Assembly: GCA_937870675.1 (NCBI GenBank)
Contig: CALMZN010000019.1
Location: 1-42,045, forward strand
DNA: 42,045 nucleotides
Reading direction: 5' to 3'
Origin: an uncultured bacterium
GTDB taxonomy: Bacteria > Patescibacteriota > Patescibacteriia > UBA1558 > GWA2-36-10
Shown: positions 32,339 to 39,133 of the stretch, one piece after another
How the letters are laid out: the number at the start of each line of letters is the position of its first letter
How positions within the stretch are numbered: position 1 is the first letter of the stretch
Made by a program: the position numbers and the translations under genes
Notes under the pieces: generated by a model
Seen by the model: only the letters and a program-made list of their open reading frames with translations
Databases searched by the model: none
What the model was told of the DNA's origin: nothing

Positions 32339-34304
32339 AAGTTTCTTCAAAAAATTCCAAAGTATCGCCAACAGCGATTATGGGGTCGCCTTGGTATTCA
32401 AGGCCAGCTTCATTGCCAGCCACCACTTCATTCATTTCTTGTTTGGCTGACTGCAAACTGATTATTTTGCCAATGGCTTCCATCTCGCCGTTTTTCATTA
32501 CTTTGACACCGCATTTTTTGGTGATCAAGCCGTCAATAATTTTGCCACCAACAATCATGCTATTTTTTTGTGACTTGAAGATGGCCAAGACCTGCATCTT
32601 GCCAATTATTTTATGAATAGTTTTTTTGGCTTTGATATTTATCAAGCGTTTTTCAATGTCTTCCAGTAGTTTATAGATAATATCAAAATAGAGGACAGTG
32701 ACACCTTTTTCTTGAGCCAGATTGATAATATTTTTGTTTTCTTTGATATGAAAGCCAAGCAATATGCTTTGTTGGGTGGCGGCATTGAGCACATCAGTTT
32801 CATTGAAAAGACCCAAACCCTTTTTGATGACCTGAATTCTAGCGCCCGAGACAGCGATTTTTTTTAGGGACTCCTCAATGGCTTCAGCCGAGCCCAAAAC
32901 ATCGGATTTGATGATCAAGCGCAAGGTAGTGGCGTTTTCATCACCCTCTTCTTTGTTGCTATTGCTATTACTGCTGTTGTTGATGCTTGCAGGCCTGAAA
33001 TTATTGTCAATATTTTTGAGTTTGTTTTTGTAGTCCTTTTTATCAGTGATTACTTCCAAAATTTCGCCAATTTGTGGTAATTGCTTTAAGCCCAATATTT
33101 TTACAGGCGTAGCTGGGCCAGCCGAAGTTTGATTTTGGCCTTTCCAGTTTTTGAGCATTTTTATTTTTCCTGGCACCTGACCGACAATAATCATGTCGCC
33201 AACTTGCAAAGTGCCGGCTTGCACCAAGACCGTGGCTACTGGGCCTTCGCCGGGGTCTAGGTGGGACTCAATAATAGTGCCAACTGCAGATCCTGCGACA
33301 TCGGCCTTGAGATTTTCCATGTCAGCCACCAGCAATATCATGTCTAGCAATTCAGAAATGCCTTCTTTTTTCAAAGCGGAAATTGGTTGGCAAATCACTT
33401 TGCCACCCCAGTCCTCAGGCATCAGATTTATTTCTACTAATTGCTGTTTTAACCGGTCAATATCAGCACCTGGCTTGTCAACTTTGTTGATAGCAATAAC
33501 AAAGGGCAAATTTTCTTTTTGAATGACTGCAATGCTTTCCAAGGTCTGTGGTTGCAGGCCATCATCAGCGGCCACTACCAAAATAGCAATATCAGCCACT
33601 TGTCCGCCACGAGAGCGCATGGCTTTGAAGGCCTCGTGTCCGGGAGTATCCAAAAAAGTAATGTGTCGGCCGTGGGTCTCTACTTGGTAAGCGCCGATGT
33701 GCTGGGTGATACCACCAGCTTCTTGGTCAACCACATTAGTGGAACGAATAGCGTCCAGTAATTTTGTTTTGCCATGGTCAACATGACCCATGACTACTAC
33801 CACTGGCGCCTTGGTGTCGCCGACAGCGCGAGTTGATAAAAGCTGAGTTAATTTTTCTTTGTGACTAGTTTCTTCCACGACTGTTTGCTCACTCTTGTTC
33901 ACTTTGAAGCCAAGATCTTCAGCAATGATGGTAGCTGTGTCAAAATCAACTTTTTCGTTCAGCGAGACCATGATGCCATTTTTCATTAGTTCGCCCATCA
34001 GACGAGCGATAGGAATCCTCATAATTTCCGCCAGATCTTTGACTACAATAGTGTCGCCAACGGTAATTTCTTTTTGTTCAACAGGAGCGGTTTTGTCTTT
34101 GGCGCGGATTTCAGTAATTTGTGACTGGCTTTCCTTGAAAGCTCTTTTCTTTTCGTCTTTTTTCCAGGCCTCAATTATTTTTGGCACAAGATGATCATTG
34201 ATTTTTAGCGCCTTGCCACCAATATCAAAACCCAACTCCGGTAGTTTTTCTAGGAGTTCGCTGGTAGTTACTTTCAATTGTCTAGCTAGGACACTAGTGT
34301 TCAT
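32331..34304 (-). CDS. infB: translation initiation factor IF-2
   Basis: GTPase domain [24 protein letters not shown] and NKVDK, with C-terminal domains. An Asn/Ser-rich linker [18 protein letters not shown] is present. Confidence 0.95.
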   Translation of the reverse strand: MNTSVLARQLKVTTSELLEKLPELGFDIGGKALKINDHLVPKIIEAWKKDEKKRAFKESQSQITEIRAKDKTAPVEQKEITVGDTIVVKDLAEIMRIPIARLMGELMKNGIMVSLNEKVDFDTATIIAEDLGFKVNKSEQTVVEETSHKEKLTQLLSTRAVGDTKAPVVVVMGHVDHGKTKLLDAIRSTNVVDQEAGGITQHIGAYQVETHGRHITFLDTPGHEAFKAMRSRGGQVADIAILVVAADDGLQPQTLESIAVIQKENLPFVIAINKVDKPGADIDRLKQQLVEINLMPEDWGGKVICQPISALKKEGISELLDMILLVADMENLKADVAGSAVGTIIESHLDPGEGPVATVLVQAGTLQVGDMIIVGQVPGKIKMLKNWKGQNQTSAGPATPVKILGLKQLPQIGEILEVITDKKDYKNKLKNIDNNFRPASINNSSNSNSNKEEGDENATTLRLIIKSDVLGSAEAIEESLKKIAVSGARIQVIKKGLGLFNETDVLNAATQQSILLGFHIKENKNIINLAQEKGVTVLYFDIIYKLLEDIEKRLINIKAKKTIHKIIGKMQVLAIFKSQKNSMIVGGKIIDGLITKKCGVKVMKNGEMEAIGKIISLQSAKQEMNEVVAGNEAGLEYQGDPIIAVGDTLEFFEETYE

Positions 34305-34457
34305 TTTTTGTTATATTAGCCCATAATTTACTATATTTTAAAGAAAAAGTCAAGGAAAATAGTAGGTCTAACTTTACATATTTTGCCAAATATATCTTGT
34401 AAATATTGACATTTGTTCCAAATTGATATAAATTTAGTAGTTAAAAACAAGATAAAA

Positions 34458-35567
34458 ATGGAAATTCCCGTTAAAGAATTAAATAATTTGTTGTCAAAAG
34501 CTAATAATATTTTGATTACTGGGCAACAAGATCCCTCTATTGATATTGTAGCCACTGCTTGCGCTTGGCAGATTTTTTTGCGCGAACAAAATAAACAGGC
34601 CGATATTTGTTTGACTGGCAAATATCAGCTTTGGGATTTTTTGCCTAGCACATTGGCCATAAAAAATAATTTAGATGAGGCCAATAAGTTCCAAATAATT
34701 TTGGATGTAAGCAAGGTGAAAGTAAAACAACTTAGTTATGATTTGATTGGTGATGAATTGCGAATAAATATTTTGCCAGAGAACGGCAATTTCGAAAGTC
34801 GCAATGTCAAGACCGAAAAAGGCGATTTAGTTTATGACTTGATCATTACTTTGGGAGCGAGTGGGCTTGAGTCCTTGGGTAGCACTTTTTTTGAACATCG
34901 AGATTTTTTTAATAATACCGACATCATCAATATTGACCGCTCTATCTTGAATGAAAATTTTGGTCAATTGAATGTGGTAGAACTCAGCTCTTCTTCGCTT
35001 GCGGAAATAAGTTATTATTTTTTTCAGGACAATATAAGCAAAGACCTGGCCACCTGTCTTTTGGCGGGCATTATTAGCGCTACCAATAGTTTTCAATCGC
35101 CCTTGGTGACACCAGCGCTTTTGGAGATCGCTAGCCAGCTGATAATCAAAGGAGCGGCTCGACAAAAAATAATTGAAGAGCTTTATCGCACCAAGGATAT
35201 TGCGACGCTGAAAAATTGGGGTCGCATCTTATCTCGCTTGAAACAACGGGGGAGAATAATATTTTCCTATTTAGAGCATGGTGACATGGATACTCTGCCT
35301 CAAGATTTTCAGGGATTAGTCAAAGATCTTATTTTGTCCACGCCAGAGACACAAGTAGCCATAATATTTTATCAAGTAGAGTTGGAAAAAACTGAGGCCT
35401 GGATTTATTCTACGGAAAATATAAATGCTCTTGATTTGGTTAGGGATTTGAGTCCCCAAGGTAGCAAGAATTTGGTCAAATTAACCATTGATCATAATTT
35501 GGAAAAATCCAAAGAACTTTTGGCCACTAGAATATCGGAGGCCATAAAATTTTTGGGGCATAATTAA
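34458..35567 (+). CDS. DHH/DHHA1-fold protein with degenerate catalytic motifs (pseudo-enzyme paralog of NrnA)
   Basis: Same length and layout as the 30021..30986 product. DGD is replaced by SID (GQQDPSIDIVATA), DHH by DRS (NIDRSIL) and DTGGF by ATNSF, and there is no GGGH. ATG 34458 is preferred over the listed 34413. Confidence 0.7.
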   Translation: MEIPVKELNNLLSKANNILITGQQDPSIDIVATACAWQIFLREQNKQADICLTGKYQLWDFLPSTLAIKNNLDEANKFQIILDVSKVKVKQLSYDLIGDELRINILPENGNFESRNVKTEKGDLVYDLIITLGASGLESLGSTFFEHRDFFNNTDIINIDRSILNENFGQLNVVELSSSSLAEISYYFFQDNISKDLATCLLAGIISATNSFQSPLVTPALLEIASQLIIKGAARQKIIEELYRTKDIATLKNWGRILSRLKQRGRIIFSYLEHGDMDTLPQDFQGLVKDLILSTPETQVAIIFYQVELEKTEAWIYSTENINALDLVRDLSPQGSKNLVKLTIDHNLEKSKELLATRISEAIKFLGHN

Positions 35568-35672
35568 GGCGCTTCACAAAACACTAAACTTTAATTATAA
35601 TATCTGCATCAAGAGTATTTTTAAATTTTTTAATATTGTCTGTCGCTGGGGGGCATATAGCTCAGTCGGTTA

Positions 35673-35692
35673 CCTGCCTGCCGGCAGGCAGG
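35673..35692. repeat. 20-nt perfect GC-rich palindrome inserted in the D-loop of the interrupted tRNA
   Basis: cctgcctgcc ggcaggcagg lies between ggtta and gagc. The nested intact tRNA reads ggttagagc at this point. Confidence 0.85.
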
Positions 35693-35706
35693 GAGCACGA
35701 CTCTTA

Positions 35707-35879
35707 CCCGCCTGCCTAAGCCGAACCACCGAACTTTAATTTTATATTTTTGTATGGGTATATAGCTCAGTCGGTTAGAGCACGACTCTTATAAAGTCGG
35801 GGTCCCTGGTTCAAGTCCAGGTATACCCACCATACTTTTTTAGATTATATAATCCGCGGTGCTTAGTTCGGCGGGCAGG
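35707..35879 (+). mobile_element. 173-nt insertion in the anticodon loop, bounded by imperfect GC-rich inverted repeats and carrying a complete tRNA gene
   Basis: The left arm is cccgcctgcctaagccgaaccaccg (35707-35731). The right arm is cggtgcttagttcggcgggcagg (35857-35879). Its termini resemble the D-loop palindrome (ccYgcctgcc ... ggcRggcagg). No target duplication is evident. Confidence 0.5.
35756..35832 (+). tRNA. tRNA-Ile (anticodon TAT), CCA encoded
   Basis: Manual fold: gggtata ta gctc agtcggtta gagc a cgact cTTATAa agtcg gggtc cctgg ttcaagt ccagg tataccc a cca. The body resembles the bacterial minor tRNA-Ile (ileX type), but with T34 instead of C34. Confidence 0.85.
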
Positions 35880-35937
35880 TAAAGTCGGGGTCGATGGTTC
35901 AAGTCCATCTATGCCCACCAGCGGCGGATACATATAA

Positions 35938-36007
35938 CACGACTCTTACCTGTCCTCCGTAGCCGAGAGTAGCGAGGCGCAGGAGGATAAAGTCGGGGTC
36001 GATGGTT
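35938..36007 (+). pseudogene. partial third tRNA copy (positions ~24-55) with a 39-nt insertion at the same anticodon-loop site
   Basis: cacgactctta [cctgtcctcc...aggagga] taaagtcggggtcgatggtt. It carries the T-stem variant gatgg of the interrupted gene. There is no D-arm or acceptor, and homology stops in the T-loop. Confidence 0.6.
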
Positions 36008-36058
36008 TCCCGCTTTGGGCTGGGACCCCGCCGTAGGCGGTGGCAAGTCCCAGCGGGA
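36008..36058. repeat. GC-rich three-tier hairpin at the break point in the T-loop of the partial tRNA copy
   Basis: tcccgc tttggg ctggga cc ccgcc gta ggcgg tggcaag tcccag c gcggga. Confidence 0.7.
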
Positions 36059-36135
36059 CGACCAGCAAATTATAGACTGTTTAGGCAGTTTTTTTGTTTA
36101 TTTAACAGGGTGAATATGCTAGAATTAAGCCAACT

Positions 36136-38724
36136 ATGAAAGATGTCTTGGACAAAAAACTAGAATACTTTGCCACGCTTGAGGCGCTGGAAGTTTTGTC
36201 ATTGCTAGACAGCAGTGAAAAGGGATTAGCAGAAAGCACAACTCTGAAACGCCATGCCGCTTATGGCTACAACACCATTGAAGAAAGGAAAGAGCGCAAT
36301 GTTGTTTTGGAGTTTCTTTCATATTTCAAAAGTCCGCTGATAATTATTTTACTGATAGTGTCAGCCATCTCGGCTTATTTGGGTGAAATAAAAAATGCCG
36401 TTATTGTGGCTGTCATGATACTGCTGAGCGTGATTTTGGATTTTTTTGAGGAGCGAAATGCCGGACAAGCGGCCAAGCGCTTGAAAGAAAAAGTGCGCAC
36501 CATGGTCACGGTCATTCGTGATGGTCAGAAAAAAGAAGTCAAGGCCTCTCAAATATGTATTGGCGATATTGTTTGTGTCAGCGCCGGAAATTTGGTGCCA
36601 GCTGACGCGCGCATTATTGACTCCAAAGATCTTTATGTCAATCAGTCGTCTTTGACCGGAGAGTCCTACCCCAACAGCAAAGATAAAAATATTTTGCGTG
36701 GTCAGGAATTGGCTTTGGTGGACTTGAGCAACATAATTTTTGCGGGCACTAGCGTAGTGAGCGGTTCGGCCACAGCCGTGGTAGTCAAAATTGGCAACCA
36801 AACCGAATTTGGGCAGATAGCTGACAAATTAGCCAAAAAAGAAGAGAAGAGTGAATTTGAAATTGGAGTCACAAAATTTGGCTACTTCATAATGAAGGTG
36901 ATCATTTTTTTGGTGCTCTTTATTTTTTTATTTAACTCTCTAATCAATCGCCACATCTTGGAGTCATTTATGTTTGCTATTGCCGTAGCGGTGGGTGTGA
37001 CACCAGAGTTGTTGCCCATGATCATGTCTATCACTATGGCTCGTGGCTCCTTGAAAATGTCCAAAAAAGGAGTAATCGTTAAAAAATTAACGGCTATTCC
37101 AAATTTTGGTAGTATGGATATTCTCTGCACTGACAAGACAGGCACTTTGACTGAGGACAAAATTGTTCTAGTGACTTACACAAATTTGGCTGGCGAAAAT
37201 GACGAGCAAGTTTTGAAATATACTTATCTCAACGGCTATTTTCAAACCGGAGTCAAAAATCCACTGGACGAAGCTATTGTTAATTTCAAAAAAATAGCAA
37301 TTACTCATTACAAAAAAATTGATGAAATACCTTTTGATTTTAACAGGCGCCTGATGAGTGTGGTGGTTGATGGGGAGGGGGACAGGTTGCTAATCACCAA
37401 AGGTGCGCCGGAAGAAATTTTTAAAAAATGTCAGACATTAAAGCAAGGGAAAAAAGCCGTGCATTTTGGCAAAGTTTGGCAAAAGAAGGCCAAAGAATAT
37501 TATGAAAATTTAAGTAAAGATGGCTATCGTGTCTTGGCCGTGGCTATCAAAAAATTTGATAATAAAAAAAAGTCATACAGCAAGCAAGATGAGAATGATT
37601 TGGAGCTCTGCGGTTTTGTGGCTTTTCTTGATCCGCCACGCCGTGGCTTGAAACAGGTCTTGGAAGAATTGCGTAATGTGGGGGTACGCGTCAAAGTTAT
37701 CACTGGGGACAATGAATTGGTGGCCAGCAAAATTTGCCGTGAAGTCGGTCTGACTGTGCATGGCACTATCATGGGTAGTGAAATGGAACATTTGAATGAT
37801 GATGCTTTAGGAGCCATAGTAGAAAAAACAACTATTTTTGCCAGATTTTCTCCAGAACAAAAAAACAGAGTAATCACTGCCTTGCGAGCCAATGGCCACG
37901 TGGTTGGCTATTTGGGTGATGGTATCAATGACGCGCCATCGCTCAAAGCCGCTGATGTTGGTATTTCCGTCAACAACGCAGTAGATGTGGCCAAAGAGTC
38001 AGCTGACATTGTTTTGACGCACAAAAATTTGGAAATTTTGAAAGACGGCTTGCTGGAAGGCCGTAAGGCCTTTGGCAATACCATGAAATATATCATGATG
38101 GGCTTGAGCTCCAATTTTGGTAATATGTTTAGTATGAGCTTAGTGGTATTTTTTGTGCCGTTTTTGCCGATGTTGCCAATTCAGATTTTGTTGAATAATT
38201 TTATTTATGATTTTTCGCAGGTGACCATACCGACTGACAATGTTGATCAGGATTGGTTGCAGAAACCGCGTCGTTGGAACATGCAGTTTATCAAGCGCTT
38301 TATGTTGTGGATTGGACCTATTAGTTCAATTTTTGACTTTACTACTTTTTATGTTTTGTATAGTGTTTTTCACGCTAGCCAAGCCGTATTTCAGGCCGGT
38401 TGGTTTATGGAATCCTTAGCCACCCAAACCTTAGTTATTCATTTTATTAGGACCAAGAAATTGCCGTTTATTCAGAGCCGGCCAAGCAAATATTTATTGT
38501 TTAGCACCTTGACTTGCGTGGCTCTGGGCTGGATAATACCATTTACCGCAGTGGGCAGGTATTTTCAATTTGGAAGACCGCCCTTAGCCATGGTCATGGC
38601 TATTGCCTTGATCGTGTTGGTGTATTTTGTCTTTGTGGAAATTGGTAAAAGGATATTTTATAAAAAATATGATTTTGATATAGCGGCGCATTCTGGTAAA
38701 AAAATAGTGACCGCTAGTCATTAA
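36136..38724 (+). CDS. mgtA: magnesium-translocating P-type ATPase (MgtA-like)
   Basis: CTDKTGTLTEDK phosphorylation site, TGDN, GDGINDAPSLKAADVGISV, and a C-terminal NFGNMFS / LLNNFIYD segment typical of MgtA/MgtB. Confidence 0.9.
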   Translation: MKDVLDKKLEYFATLEALEVLSLLDSSEKGLAESTTLKRHAAYGYNTIEERKERNVVLEFLSYFKSPLIIILLIVSAISAYLGEIKNAVIVAVMILLSVILDFFEERNAGQAAKRLKEKVRTMVTVIRDGQKKEVKASQICIGDIVCVSAGNLVPADARIIDSKDLYVNQSSLTGESYPNSKDKNILRGQELALVDLSNIIFAGTSVVSGSATAVVVKIGNQTEFGQIADKLAKKEEKSEFEIGVTKFGYFIMKVIIFLVLFIFLFNSLINRHILESFMFAIAVAVGVTPELLPMIMSITMARGSLKMSKKGVIVKKLTAIPNFGSMDILCTDKTGTLTEDKIVLVTYTNLAGENDEQVLKYTYLNGYFQTGVKNPLDEAIVNFKKIAITHYKKIDEIPFDFNRRLMSVVVDGEGDRLLITKGAPEEIFKKCQTLKQGKKAVHFGKVWQKKAKEYYENLSKDGYRVLAVAIKKFDNKKKSYSKQDENDLELCGFVAFLDPPRRGLKQVLEELRNVGVRVKVITGDNELVASKICREVGLTVHGTIMGSEMEHLNDDALGAIVEKTTIFARFSPEQKNRVITALRANGHVVGYLGDGINDAPSLKAADVGISVNNAVDVAKESADIVLTHKNLEILKDGLLEGRKAFGNTMKYIMMGLSSNFGNMFSMSLVVFFVPFLPMLPIQILLNNFIYDFSQVTIPTDNVDQDWLQKPRRWNMQFIKRFMLWIGPISSIFDFTTFYVLYSVFHASQAVFQAGWFMESLATQTLVIHFIRTKKLPFIQSRPSKYLLFSTLTCVALGWIIPFTAVGRYFQFGRPPLAMVMAIALIVLVYFVFVEIGKRIFYKKYDFDIAAHSGKKIVTASH

Positions 38725-38759
38725 TTGGCGAGCATAGCTTCTCGTTAATTTATTTAATT

Positions 38760-38835
38760 GCAGGTGTAGTTCAGCTGGTAGAATGCTTGCTTCCCAAGCA
38801 AGAGATCGCGGGTTCGAGTCCCGTCACCTGCTCCA
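38760..38835 (+). tRNA. tRNA-Gly (anticodon CCC), CCA encoded
   Basis: Manual fold: gcaggtg ta gttc agctggta gaat g cttgc ttCCCaa gcaag agatc gcggg ttcgagt cccgt cacctgc t cca. Confidence 0.88.
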
Positions 38836-38960
38836 CAATACTACAAACATCAGTTTTAGAATTTTTTTGATGGGCGACTTCAATAGCCACTCATCAAAAA
38901 GTAGGAAAAATTTCTTTTAATTATGGCGTTTCCCCTAGTGCTGGTTTAGCCATTTTTTTA

Positions 38961-38989
38961 TTGACAATAATAGGCAATTTGATTAAGAT
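38961..38989 (+). promoter_or_regulatory. sigma-70-type promoter upstream of the large surface protein gene
   Basis: TTGACA (38961-38966), a 17-nt spacer, then TAAGAT (38984-38989). Confidence 0.5.
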
Positions 38990-39133
38990 GATTTTGTGAG
39001 CATTTTATGCTGATATCAAGCAATTTTACTGTTGTTTTAATAAGATTTAAGCATTTATTTATATATAATATAGGGGGGTTCTTAAAGGTCGAATAAAAGG
39101 AGTTAGTTATGCTAATTATTAACTTTTAAAAAT

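Larger units (their letters stand above)
35651..35920 (+). pseudogene. tRNA gene interrupted in the D-loop and anticodon loop (split halves, acceptor and T-arm intact, CCA encoded)
   Basis: The 5' part is gggcata ta gctc agtcggtta [20-nt palindrome] gagc a cgact ctta (35651-35706). The 3' part is taa agtcg gggtc gatgg ttcaagt ccatc tatgccc a cca (35880-35920). The acceptor stem gggcata/tatgccc pairs perfectly. Confidence 0.65.

Noticed and set aside
35697-35887. An archaeal-type bulge-helix-bulge (BHB) intron at the anticodon loop of the split tRNA and of the partial copy.
   Set aside because: When I pair the flanks, the helix continues almost directly from the anticodon stem (ttacc/ggtaa, with only C32 bulged). 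There are no two 3-nt bulges separated by a 4-bp helix. The insert position (35/36 or 36/37) is not the canonical 37/38. The genome is bacterial, and no splicing endonuclease is implied by anything in the window.
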